Assembly (NCBI GenBank): GCA_964610905.1 | Contig: CAZSYT010000007.1 | Coordinates: 1,465 to 65,464, forward strand | Direction of reading: 5' to 3' | Origin: an uncultured Acidimicrobiaceae bacterium | Lineage (GTDB): Bacteria; Actinomycetota; Acidimicrobiia; Acidimicrobiales; RAAP-2 | DNA: 64,000 nt | Part shown: positions 1 to 8,737 of the stretch, in pieces | Layout of the letters: the number at the start of each line of letters is the position of its first letter | How positions within the stretch are numbered: position 1 is the stretch's first letter | The notes under the pieces: generated by a model | What the model was told of the DNA's origin: nothing | Databases searched by the model: none | What the model saw: only the letters and a program-made list of their open reading frames with translations | Translations under genes and position numbers: made by a program

Positions 1-1
1 G

Positions 2-256
2 CACGAGGACGGAGCCCCGGACGTGCTCGTCTCCTACGCCGTGGGGCGCTCGGTCGGCGGCGCCGTCGAGCGCAACCGCGTGCGGCGGCGCCTGCGCGCC
101 GTGCTCAACCGGCGTGACCTGCCACTTCGACCCGGCTCCTACCTGGTGGGAGCTCGTCCCGAGGCCCGTACGGTGCCCTTCGACGTGCTCGTGCGCTCGG
201 TCGAGCAGGCGGTCGACCGTGCGGTCGGGACCACCCCGGGTGGGTCGTCGCGGTGA
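2..256 (+). CDS. rnpA: Ribonuclease P protein component, 5'-truncated at the window edge
   Basis: The reading frame is open to the window edge. It carries the basic motif [17 protein letters not shown] typical of RnpA and sits in the conserved rnpA-yidD-yidC order. Confidence 0.8.
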   Translation, partial: HEDGAPDVLVSYAVGRSVGGAVERNRVRRRLRAVLNRRDLPLRPGSYLVGARPEARTVPFDVLVRSVEQAVDRAVGTTPGGSSR

Positions 257-549
257 CGAGGATGGACGCCACCCTGACCCACCGGGACACGCCGGTGGGC
301 GACGCCGGACCGGGAGAGCGCCGGGGCCTCGCTCGCGTGGCGTTGGGGGCGATCAGGCTCTACCAGCTCGCCCGGCACGGGCGCCCGACGAGCTGTCGGT
401 ACCTCCCCACCTGCTCGAGCTACGCCGTCGAGGCCATCGAGCGCCACGGCCTCGCCTCGGGCGGGTGGCTGGCCGCCCGCCGGATCGCCAGGTGCCACCC
501 GTGGGGTGGCCACGGGTTCGACCCCGTTCCTGATCGGAGCCCCCGGTGA
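253..549 (+). CDS. yidD: Membrane protein insertion efficiency factor YidD
   Basis: 98-aa ORF with the YidD core (RLYQ..R....[20 protein letters not shown]...G..LA.RRI.RCHPWG). Its GTG start overlaps the rnpA stop as GTGA. Confidence 0.9.
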   Translation: MTRMDATLTHRDTPVGDAGPGERRGLARVALGAIRLYQLARHGRPTSCRYLPTCSSYAVEAIERHGLASGGWLAARRIARCHPWGGHGFDPVPDRSPR

Positions 550-1688
550 GCTCGCTCTTCCGTGACATCGGCCGGATCTTCCAGCCGTTCCTGCGCTTTG
601 TCGCCGACGTCCTGGCGTTCTTCTACTCGCTGATCCCCAACTACCCCATCGACGTCGCCTTGCTCACCCTCGTGATCATGGCCGTCCTCACCCCGCTGAC
701 GGTGAAGGGGACCAAGAACATGGCGGCCATGCAGGCGCTCGGCCCCGAGATGAAGAAGCTGCAGCAGAAGTACAAGGGCGCCGAGAACCGTGTACAGCTC
801 AATGAAGAGATGATGAAGCTGTACCGGGAGCACAGTGTGAACCCCGCGTCGGGCTGCCTCCCGATGCTGCTGCAGATGCCGGCCTTCATCGTCCTCTACG
901 AGGTGATCCGAGGGATCACCAACACCGTGACCGTCACGCACGAGACGATCAACGGGCAGCTCGTCCACATTCCGGCGAAGGTGATCGCCGCGCCCCGGTA
1001 CCTGAGCTCGACCTCCACGATGTACAAGGACATCGTCGCAGCTCACGGTCATCTGAACGCCTTCGGGATGGACTGGGCGAAGACGCTATTCGGGCACCAC
1101 AGCTCGGTCTTCATGGCCATCCCGTACCTCGTGCTCGTGCTGGCGTCGGTCGGGCTCCAGTACCTGCAGATGTCGCGGATGAACTCTCGGAACCCCCAGG
1201 CGGCCCAAGCCAACCCTCAGGCAGCTGCATTGCAGAAGTACATGCCACTGATCTTTGGGTTCATTTACATCAATATCGCTGCGATTATCAACGTCTATTT
1301 CGTGTTCTCGAGCGCAGTGCGGATCCTGACCCAGGAGATCCTCTACCGACGCGGCGTGATCCCGGGGGCACCGTCGGCGGCGACCATCCCTGCCGCAGCG
1401 GCCATCGTGCCGACGACCGAGGCCGAGCCGAAGCGCCGCCCGCCGACCCGGCCGGAAGGCAAGGGAAAGCCGAGCGGTGCCAACGGCTCCGGCGGCACGA
1501 AGCCACCGGCGAGCGGCACGAAGCCACCGGCGAGGCCGGAGCGGGGCGCCGGCGCCGCACCGCGGGGAGCCACCCCGAAGGCCCGGGGACGGACGTCGGG
1601 CCAACCGCCGAAGGGCGGACAGCCAGCGAAGCCGGCGGGAACGGCGCACCCGCGCGCCAAGGACAAGCGAGAGCGAAGGACGCGATAG
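546..1688 (+). CDS. yidC: Membrane protein insertase YidC with a basic Pro/Gly/Lys-rich C-terminal tail
   Basis: Multi-TM ORF with YidC/Oxa1-type segments ([48 protein letters not shown]). GTGA overlap with the yidD stop. The roughly 95-aa tail contains an in-frame 21-bp duplication. Confidence 0.92.
   Translation: MSSLFRDIGRIFQPFLRFVADVLAFFYSLIPNYPIDVALLTLVIMAVLTPLTVKGTKNMAAMQALGPEMKKLQQKYKGAENRVQLNEEMMKLYREHSVNPASGCLPMLLQMPAFIVLYEVIRGITNTVTVTHETINGQLVHIPAKVIAAPRYLSSTSTMYKDIVAAHGHLNAFGMDWAKTLFGHHSSVFMAIPYLVLVLASVGLQYLQMSRMNSRNPQAAQANPQAAALQKYMPLIFGFIYINIAAIINVYFVFSSAVRILTQEILYRRGVIPGAPSAATIPAAAAIVPTTEAEPKRRPPTRPEGKGKPSGANGSGGTKPPASGTKPPARPERGAGAAPRGATPKARGRTSGQPPKGGQPAKPAGTAHPRAKDKRERRTR
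1494..1535 (+). repeat. 2 x 21-bp in-frame tandem duplication ([14 protein letters not shown]) in the yidC tail
   Basis: ggcacgaagccaccggcgag(c/g) occurs twice back to back, 41 of 42 nt identical. Confidence 0.9.
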
Positions 1689-1691
1689 CCA

Positions 1692-2666
1692 GTGGAGTGG
1701 GTCGAAGCGAGTGGTCGGTCGCTGGCGGAGGCCAAGGAGGCGGTGCTCGACCTCCTCGGTGTGGCCGAGGACGACGCCGAGTTCGTGGTCCTCAGTGAGC
1801 CGCGCCCGGGACTGTTCGGCCGGATGCGCGGCGAGGCGCGGGTGCAGGCCCGGGTACGCCCGACGGCTCCCCCACCGAAGCGGGGTGCCGGGCAGCGCCG
1901 CGAGCGCGGCGGCCGCAGGCGGAGCGAGCGCCGGCCGAGCGGCGGCGGAGAGCAGCGCGGGGCGACGACGACGGCGCCGGGCAGGTCGGGCGAGCCCGGT
2001 GGGGCGGGTGGCACGGAGCCGGCGGCCGAGGCCGACGAGCGTGAACGACCGTCGTCGGGCCGGCGCGCCCCGGCGAACGGACGTGCGCGTCAGGCCCGCC
2101 GCGAGCGGGCGACCGTCGGCACGACCTCGCCGTCGACGACCGAGATCGCCGCGGCCGGCCCCCCACGACCACAGAAGGGTGGAGAGATGACAGAAGCATC
2201 GTTGACCCTCGAGCAGCAGGGAGACGCTGCCCGGACGTTCCTGGGCGGGCTGCTCGACGCCTTCGGGTACGAGGCCTCGCTCGACGTGCACGTGCTCGAC
2301 GACGAGACGGTCGAGGTCCGGGCGCACGGCGAGCACCTCGGTCTGCTGGTCGGTCCCCGGGGCGCCACCCTGGCCGCCATCCAGGACCTCACCCGCACGT
2401 TCGTGCAGCGACAGTCCGAGGCGCGTACAGACCGGATCCTCGTCGACATCGCCGGGTACCGCGAGAAGCGGACGGCCGCCCTCCAGCGGTTCACCACCGG
2501 CATCGTGGAGGAGGTCGTGGCCTCGGGCGAGGAACGAGCGCTCGAGCCGATGAACGCCGCCGATCGCAAGGTCGTCCACGACACGGTGAACAGCCTCGAC
2601 GGTGTGAGGACCCGGTCGGAGGGCGTCGAGCCCGGTCGGTACATCGTCATCGAGCCCGTGCACTGA
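1692..2666 (+). CDS. jag: Jag/KhpB-type RNA-binding protein (Jag_N, KH and R3H domains) with a long Arg/Gly-rich linker
   Basis: The N-terminus MEWVEASGRSLAEAKEAVLDLLGV is Jag_N-like. The C-terminal part has KH-like and R3H-like segments (EPMNAADRKVVHDTV). It sits after yidC as in most bacteria. Confidence 0.82.
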   Translation: MEWVEASGRSLAEAKEAVLDLLGVAEDDAEFVVLSEPRPGLFGRMRGEARVQARVRPTAPPPKRGAGQRRERGGRRRSERRPSGGGEQRGATTTAPGRSGEPGGAGGTEPAAEADERERPSSGRRAPANGRARQARRERATVGTTSPSTTEIAAAGPPRPQKGGEMTEASLTLEQQGDAARTFLGGLLDAFGYEASLDVHVLDDETVEVRAHGEHLGLLVGPRGATLAAIQDLTRTFVQRQSEARTDRILVDIAGYREKRTAALQRFTTGIVEEVVASGEERALEPMNAADRKVVHDTVNSLDGVRTRSEGVEPGRYIVIEPVH

Positions 2667-2674
2667 CGACAGCG

Positions 2675-3358
2675 GTGTCCGCCCCCACGGGTGGGCCGGA
2701 CGAGCTCGCCGGCACCACGGGCTGGCAGGCCCCGCCCGCACTTCAGGAGGCGCTCGAAGCGGGCCGGCGGGCCGGTTTCGTCGGCGACGCCGCACTCGGC
2801 GACCAGCTCGCCCACAGCCTCGGGTTCGCCGCCGTGGTCGCCCGTCTCCGAGGCGACCCCCCGGCCGTCGCCGCCGACCTCGGGTCGGGAGGGGGGCTCC
2901 CGGCCCTGGTGCTCGTCGAGCTGTGGCCGGAGTGCCGGTTCGCGCTCGTCGAGGCCCAGGAACGACGTGCCGCGTTCCTCCGCCGGTGCGTCGAGACCGC
3001 CGGCGCCGCCGACCGGGTCGTCGTGCTGCAGGAACGTGCCGAAGTGGTCGGGCACGACGCCGCCTGGCGCAGTACGTGCGACGTCGTGACGGCCCGTTCC
3101 TTCGGCAAGCCGGCCGTGACGGCCGAGTGCGCGGCGCCGCTCCTCCGACTCGGCGGCCTGCTCGTCGTGTCGGAGCCGCCGACCGCCGGGGGCGGGGAAC
3201 GGTGGCCCACCGAGGGCTGTGCCCGCGTCGGGCTCGAGCCGCTGCACACGGTGCGGGTCGACGGACGATTCGGGTACCAGGTGCTCGTCCAGCAGCAGCC
3301 GAGCTCCGAGCGGTACCCGCGCCGTACCGGCGTCCCGGCGAAGCGGCCACTGTTCTGA
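2675..3358 (+). CDS. rsmG: 16S rRNA (guanine527-N7)-methyltransferase RsmG/GidB
   Basis: SAM-binding motif ADLGSGGGLPALVL, the C-terminal motif VTARSFG, and a conserved position between jag and parA. Confidence 0.85.
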   Translation: MSAPTGGPDELAGTTGWQAPPALQEALEAGRRAGFVGDAALGDQLAHSLGFAAVVARLRGDPPAVAADLGSGGGLPALVLVELWPECRFALVEAQERRAAFLRRCVETAGAADRVVVLQERAEVVGHDAAWRSTCDVVTARSFGKPAVTAECAAPLLRLGGLLVVSEPPTAGGGERWPTEGCARVGLEPLHTVRVDGRFGYQVLVQQQPSSERYPRRTGVPAKRPLF

Positions 3359-3397
3359 CGGCGTTCGTCAACGGGCCTCGACGAGACCCGGAAGCTG

Positions 3398-3411
3398 GTT
3401 CCACGTGGAAC
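3398..3411. promoter_or_regulatory. parS-like ParB binding site, perfect palindrome GTTCCACGTGGAAC
   Basis: 14-bp perfect palindrome. It differs from the canonical GTTTCACGTGAAAC only at the symmetric positions 4 and 11, and lies in the rsmG-parA spacer. Confidence 0.75.
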
Positions 3412-3801
3412 GTCGAGAGCGGGCGCGCGCACAGGCGTACCACCCCGTCCGTGACCTCGTTGCGACGACCCGATGCGCACCCCCTGGCAACCCACAGGGA
3501 GGCCTCGTCGTCCGCACCCGGACGGACCGGGGACGAGCGGCCGATGGGTAGTGAGCTGCCGGCTCGACCGAGGAGACGGCCGGGGTGACGACCGTGGTGA
3601 CGCAGGCGAGGAGACCGGTCAACGGAGGACATCGGGGCGCCGACGGGGGTGCCGTCGCGACGGCGCTCGGTGCGCGCTGCTGCGGGTGCTGGTTCGGCTA
3701 CCGTGGAGCGGAGATGGCACCGAACCACAGGACCGGGCACCGCGACGCCCGCGTGCGGGCACGACGTGGCCGTCGGCAGTTCGGGGCGGCGCCAGCCGGC
3801 C

Positions 3802-3815
3802 GTTCCACGTGGAAC
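3802..3815. promoter_or_regulatory. Second identical parS-like site GTTCCACGTGGAAC
   Basis: The same 14-mer lies 404 bp downstream of the first copy and about 77 bp upstream of the proposed parA start. Confidence 0.75.
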
Positions 3816-3891
3816 AACCTCTGGCTGGTGCTTGACCGGCGGCGCCGTGCCGGTAAGGATGAGCCCGTTCCCGCACTCGAAGGAGCTGTGC

Positions 3892-5094
3892 ATGCGCGGT
3901 CGTTGGAAGGGACGTGGTGACGACCGTTCCCCGAAGTCGTCCCGGACCGTCGGAGCCGTCGACGAGGAAGCGGAAGGCGGCCTCTCCCCCGCTCCGTTCA
4001 GCCCTCCCCCGGCCTTCACCGTGATCACGGCACCGGAGGCCGGAGCACCGGAGACCGGCGCGGGGGAGGCCACAGCCGACGGCGTCGACGTGACGAGCCC
4101 GGCCGACGGCGTGCCGTGGAGCGAGGCCGCCGAGGCGGCCGAGCTAGCCGAGGAGCGCACCGCTGCGGAAGTCGGCGAGCGCGACGGCGAGAGAGTGCTC
4201 GCCGCCGGGTCCGACGACGACGCCAGCTCGCCGCCGGACGGTGGCGCCGGACAGGTGCCGGCACCGCCCGACGAGCGTGACCCGGCTGACGATGCCGAGG
4301 CCGTGCCCTCGTCTCCGGTCGTGCGACCCCTTCCCCGCGTGCTCGCCGTCGCCAACCAGAAGGGCGGGGTGGGAAAGACGACGACCTCGGTCAACCTGGG
4401 TGCAGCCCTGGCCGAGCTCGGCTACCGGGTGCTGGTGATCGACCTCGACCCGCAGGGCAACGCCACCACGGGGCTGGGCATCGACGCCCGCAACTTCGAG
4501 CTGTCCATGTACGACGTCATCATGCGTGAGAGCTCGCTCGAGGACTGCATCGAGCCGACGAGCTTGAAGAACCTCTTCGTGGCGCCGGCCACCATCGACC
4601 TCGCTGGTGCCGAGATCGAGCTGGTGCCGGCGTTCAGCCGCGAGCTCAAGCTCCGTCGTGCGCTCGAGGCGGTGATCGACGACTTCGACTACGTGCTGAT
4701 CGACTGCCCGCCGTCCCTCGGGCTGATCACCGTGAACGCCCTGGCGGCGGCGCAGGAGGTGCTCGTCCCGATCCAGTGCGAGTACTACGCCCTCGAGGGC
4801 TTGAGCCAGCTCACCCGCAACGTGCACCTCGTGGCGTCGAACCTCAACCCCCGCCTCGAGGTGTCCGTCATCGTCCTCACCATGTACGACGCGCGGACCA
4901 AGCTGGCCGACGAGGTGGCCACCGAGGTCCGCCAGCACTTCGGCGCGAAGGTGTGCCGGAACGTGATCCCTCGGACCGTGCGGCTGTCGGAGGCACCGTC
5001 GTTCGGTCAGCCGATCACCGCGTTCGACCCGAGCTCTCGGGGTGCGATCGCCTATCGCGAGCTGGCAAAGGAGGTCAGTGGTGGCACGGCGTAG
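3892..5094 (+). CDS. parA: Chromosome partitioning ATPase ParA/Soj with an acidic N-terminal extension
   Basis: Deviant Walker A (VANQKGGVGKTTTSVNLG) and the ParA core through to the C-terminus. The start was chosen at the ATG at 3892, preceded by GAAGGAG. An in-frame ATG at 3859 is also possible. The track ORF from 3649 is probably over-extended. Confidence 0.88.
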   Translation: MRGRWKGRGDDRSPKSSRTVGAVDEEAEGGLSPAPFSPPPAFTVITAPEAGAPETGAGEATADGVDVTSPADGVPWSEAAEAAELAEERTAAEVGERDGERVLAAGSDDDASSPPDGGAGQVPAPPDERDPADDAEAVPSSPVVRPLPRVLAVANQKGGVGKTTTSVNLGAALAELGYRVLVIDLDPQGNATTGLGIDARNFELSMYDVIMRESSLEDCIEPTSLKNLFVAPATIDLAGAEIELVPAFSRELKLRRALEAVIDDFDYVLIDCPPSLGLITVNALAAAQEVLVPIQCEYYALEGLSQLTRNVHLVASNLNPRLEVSVIVLTMYDARTKLADEVATEVRQHFGAKVCRNVIPRTVRLSEAPSFGQPITAFDPSSRGAIAYRELAKEVSGGTA

Positions 5095-6040
5095 CGGACT
5101 CGGCCGCGGTCTCGGAGCGCTCATCCCGACCGAGGCGATGGGGGAGCGGACGTCGATCTTGCGCGAGGTCCCGATCGCCAGCATCTCGCCCAACCCCCTC
5201 CAGCCCCGTTCCCACTTCCACGAGGAGTCGCTGGCCGCGCTGGCCGCCTCCATCAAGGAGCTGGGCGTGCTCCAGCCGGTGCTCGTCCGGGTGCCGGAGC
5301 CGTCACGTCCGGACGAGTACGAGCTGATCGCCGGAGAGCGCCGGTGGCGGGCGGCGCGCCGCGCCGGGCTGCAGACGCTCCCCGTCCTGGTGCAGACCAG
5401 TACCGACGTGGCGAGCCTCGAGCAGGCCCTCGTCGAGAACCTCCATCGACAGGACCTGAACGCCCTCGAGGAGGCGGCGGCGTACCAACAGCTCATCGAG
5501 GAGTTCGGGTACACCCACGAGCAGGTCGCGACCCGGGTCGGCAGGAGCCGGGCCGCTGTCTCCAACACCCTCCGTCTGCTGCAGCTTCCGGCGGCGGTCC
5601 AGCGGTTGCTCGCCGACGGGCAGCTCACCGCCGGGCACGCCCGAGCCATCCTCGGGACCCCCGACCGCTCCTTCCAGGAGGCGCTGGCAAAGCTCGTGGT
5701 GGCCGAGGAGCTGACCGTCCGCGAGGTCGAGGAGCAGGTCCGGGCACGGGTGGCGGGCGACGCGGGCGGCGACGGCGCGATGCCCCACGCCGTCCCCGGG
5801 TCGGACGCCCCGTCGCCCGCGCTCGTCGATCGATCGCCCCGCCAGCTGCCGCCCCCCGGCATCCTCGAGCTCGAGGAGCTCCTGTCGACCCATCTCAACA
5901 CCCGGGTGACGGTCGACCTGACGGCAAAGCGCGGGAGAGTGGTCGTCGAGTTCGCCACGCTCGAGGACCTCGAACGGATCTACCGCCTGATGGTCGGTCC
6001 ACAGGAGCTGAGCGGGTCTGCCGAAGAGATATCACTGTGA
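5081..6040 (+). CDS. parB: Chromosome partitioning protein ParB/Spo0J
   Basis: RGLGRGLGALIP N-terminal motif, GERRWRAA box and an HTH region. The start was chosen at the GTG at 5081 (5078 is also possible), 7 nt after AAGGAGG. It overlaps the end of parA. Confidence 0.9.
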   Translation: MARRSGLGRGLGALIPTEAMGERTSILREVPIASISPNPLQPRSHFHEESLAALAASIKELGVLQPVLVRVPEPSRPDEYELIAGERRWRAARRAGLQTLPVLVQTSTDVASLEQALVENLHRQDLNALEEAAAYQQLIEEFGYTHEQVATRVGRSRAAVSNTLRLLQLPAAVQRLLADGQLTAGHARAILGTPDRSFQEALAKLVVAEELTVREVEEQVRARVAGDAGGDGAMPHAVPGSDAPSPALVDRSPRQLPPPGILELEELLSTHLNTRVTVDLTAKRGRVVVEFATLEDLERIYRLMVGPQELSGSAEEISL

Positions 6041-6239
6041 GTGGTGCAAGTTCCCTCGAACTGGGAGTTATCGGCATAAATACTACGGATCGTGGTATTC
6101 CGTTCCCTCAACCGTCACTAGACGTTCGTCCACAACCTGTGCATGAGCTTGTGGACGAGCGGCGCCCCTCGACCTCGACCTGAGGGTCGACGTCGGGCGG
6201 TGGCCCGTGCCGGGCGCTCGTCGACGTGGTTCCCACCCG

Positions 6240-7223
6240 TCACTCCCACGTCGTCCGCACCCAGGCAACCAGGGCGTCAGCGATGGCCTGGGCGAGCAGG
6301 GGGGCGTGCTCGACGACGACCGAGGCGGGACCGACCTCGCAGATGACGGCGGGCATGCGGGTCTCACGCAGCACCGGTAGGGACATCCCGTGGGCGCCGC
6401 CGTCGGCGAGCGCGAGGGCGGTGGGGACGGTCGCCTGGATGAGCTCTGCGAGCTTGCGTCCGCCCGGGGACGTGTACCGGAAGCCGGCGTAGTAGGAGCT
6501 GGTGCAGCGCTCCCCCGTCGGGTCGAGGCGGAGGCACAGGTACACCTCGGCGTCGGCCGCGTTCGCCTCGGCGGCCTGGCGCGACTCGTCGGGGTGGTGC
6601 AGCGCGACGACGACGGCGCGTTCTCGGCTGAGGATGCGGCGCAGGGCGGCGAGCGCCGCACCGAGCCCTCCCTCCTCGCCGATGGCCAGGCGTCGCCCGG
6701 CGAGCGTGCGGGGGGCCCGACGGAGCTGCTCGCGGTCGCGCACGGCGGTGACCAGCTCGGAGCCGCCGTGACGGCTTCCGAACCGCACCAGCTCGGTGAT
6801 CGTGGAGCGTCCCGCGACACCGTCGTCGACGAGGCCGACGTTTCGCTGGAACTCGGCCAGGCCGGCCAGTGTCAGGTCACCGAAGATGCCGTCCACGCGA
6901 CCCGTCTCGAAGCCGAGGGCGCTGAGCCGCTGCTGGAGCTCGGCCACGTCGTCGCCGCGGAGCATCGGCGTCCGGCGGTAGAGGAGCCGGTCACCGAGCG
7001 ACCAGCCGGCCTCGACCAGGGCGGACCACGTCTGCGGTCCGCACACCCCGTCGACTCGGAGGCCGCGCCGGTGCTGGAAGGCCTCGACGGCCGTCCTCGT
7101 GCCGTCGTCGTACCGGCCGGGCTGGTCGGGACCGGTGGAGACACCAAGGGCGGCCAGTCGCCGCTGGACGTCGGCCACCGCCGGTCCGGTGTCGCCGGGG
7201 GCCAGGTGGACCTCGTCGGTCAC
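6240..7223 (-). CDS. cwlM: CwlM-like protein: two peptidoglycan-binding repeats plus an N-acetylmuramoyl-L-alanine amidase (Amidase_3) domain
   Basis: Two PG_binding_1-like repeats (GPAVADVQRRLAALG... and DDVAELQQRLSALGF...) followed by an amidase_3-like C-terminus. The cwlM-trxA-trxB synteny matches mycobacteria. Confidence 0.78.
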   Translation of the reverse strand: MTDEVHLAPGDTGPAVADVQRRLAALGVSTGPDQPGRYDDGTRTAVEAFQHRRGLRVDGVCGPQTWSALVEAGWSLGDRLLYRRTPMLRGDDVAELQQRLSALGFETGRVDGIFGDLTLAGLAEFQRNVGLVDDGVAGRSTITELVRFGSRHGGSELVTAVRDREQLRRAPRTLAGRRLAIGEEGGLGAALAALRRILSRERAVVVALHHPDESRQAAEANAADAEVYLCLRLDPTGERCTSSYYAGFRYTSPGGRKLAELIQATVPTALALADGGAHGMSLPVLRETRMPAVICEVGPASVVVEHAPLLAQAIADALVAWVRTTWE

Positions 7224-7278
7224 GGGCGTCGCCCGCCGACCCGTCCCCTCGGGCCGGCTTCCTGCCGGCCCGGCGCGC

Positions 7279-7605
7279 TCACAGGTGCGGAGCGAGCTCC
7301 TGGAGGAGGTGGCCCTTGCCCTTGGCGCCGACCAGTCGGGCGACGGGCTCGCCCTCCTTGAAGAGGATGAGCGTCGGGATGCTCATGACCTCGAAGCGCC
7401 GCGTGACGTCGAGGTTGTCGTCGATGTTGAGCTTGGCCACCTGCAGCTTGCCGGCCTGCTCCTCGGCGATCTCCTCGAGGATCGGCGCGATCATCTTGCA
7501 CGGGCCACACCACTCGGCCCAGAAGTCCACCAGCACGGGGACGTCGGACGCCTTGACATGCTCGTCAAAGCTAGCGTCGCTCAGGGTCGTGATCGTCTGG
7601 CTCAT
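7279..7605 (-). CDS. trxA: Thioredoxin
   Basis: 108-aa protein with the WCGPC active site. The internal ATG (MSQTITTL) was chosen because the upstream part of the track ORF is Arg/Pro-rich artefact. Confidence 0.93.
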   Translation of the reverse strand: MSQTITTLSDASFDEHVKASDVPVLVDFWAEWCGPCKMIAPILEEIAEEQAGKLQVAKLNIDDNLDVTRRFEVMSIPTLILFKEGEPVARLVGAKGKGHLLQELAPHL

Positions 7606-7771
7606 CGCTTGGCGCTCCTTTGCAGCCGCTCCGGTCCGTCGCCGCCCGGGCTCCGAGTGGTCAACCCGGTCGGTCGGTGCTCCATTCCCGCTCCCAGCCG
7701 GGGGGAGCGCCCGCGCTGGTCCTCGAGAGCCACCGCCGTGCCCGTGCCGAGGCACCGTCCGCGCTCCCTCG

Positions 7772-8737
7772 TCAGGCGCCCTTGTGGCCGGCCTCGAGCC
7801 ACCGCTCGGCGTCGAGCGCCGCCATGCAGCCCGACCCGGCCGCGGTGATCGCCTGGCGGTAGGCGTCGTCCTGCACGTCACCGCAGGCGAAGACGCCTTC
7901 GACGCTCGTTCGCGTGCCGTCGAAGGTCCGCACGTAGCCGTTGTCGCGCAGCTCGACCTGGCCGGCGAAGATCGCGGTGTTGGGCGAGTGGCCGATGGCG
8001 ACGAACAGCCCGCTCAGCGGGAGCGAGGTCTCCTCGCCGGTGGTGACGTCGCGGACCGTCACGCCGCTCACGGCCGTGTCCCCCTCGACGTCCACGACGA
8101 CGGCGTTCCACCGGAAGGTGATCTTGGGGTTGGCGAAGGCACGCTGCTGCATGACCTTCGAGGCGCGCAGCTCGCCGCGCCGGTGGACGACGGTGACCGA
8201 GTCGGCGAACTTGGTCAGGAAGAGCGCCTCCTCGAGGGCCGAGTCGCCCCCGCCCACCACCGCGATGTCCTTGCCCCTGAAGAAGAAGCCGTCGCACGTG
8301 GCGCACGTGGAGACCCCGTAGCCCAGGAGGCGCGCCTCGTTGGGCAGGCCGAGCATGATCGACTGCGCTCCCGTGGCGACGATGACGGCATCGGCGGTCA
8401 CGTCCGGCTCGCCGGCGTGGTCGCCGGCCACCCACAGCCGGAAGGGTCGTTCCGCGAAGTCGACCTTGGTGACCTTGGCGGTCCGCAGCTCTGCGCCGAA
8501 GCGTTGCGCCTGGCCCCGGAAGGCGGCCATCAGCTCGGGACCCATCACCCCGTCGACGAACCCGGGGAAGTTCTCGACCTCCGTGGTGAGCATCAGCTGC
8601 CCGCCGGGCTGGTCGCTGGTCGAGGACGGCTCGCCCTCGATCACGAGCGGCTCGAGCTGGGCGCGTGCCGTGTAGATGGCCGCCGTCAGGCCCGCGGGGC
8701 CCGACCCGACGACGACGAGGTGTCGGTGCTCGCTCAT
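7772..8737 (-). CDS. trxB: Thioredoxin-disulfide reductase
   Basis: GSGPAG FAD motif, the redox-active CATCDG motif and a GGGDSA NADPH motif. The start at MSEHRHLVVVGSGPAG overlaps the upstream gene's stop as ATGA. Confidence 0.93.
   Translation of the reverse strand: MSEHRHLVVVGSGPAGLTAAIYTARAQLEPLVIEGEPSSTSDQPGGQLMLTTEVENFPGFVDGVMGPELMAAFRGQAQRFGAELRTAKVTKVDFAERPFRLWVAGDHAGEPDVTADAVIVATGAQSIMLGLPNEARLLGYGVSTCATCDGFFFRGKDIAVVGGGDSALEEALFLTKFADSVTVVHRRGELRASKVMQQRAFANPKITFRWNAVVVDVEGDTAVSGVTVRDVTTGEETSLPLSGLFVAIGHSPNTAIFAGQVELRDNGYVRTFDGTRTSVEGVFACGDVQDDAYRQAITAAGSGCMAALDAERWLEAGHKGA

Noticed and set aside
1086-4394. 1102-aa minus-strand ORF opposite yidC-jag-rsmG-parA
   Set aside because: It is antisense to four well-supported conserved genes, and its composition is dominated by R/P/A/G/S with no recognisable domain.
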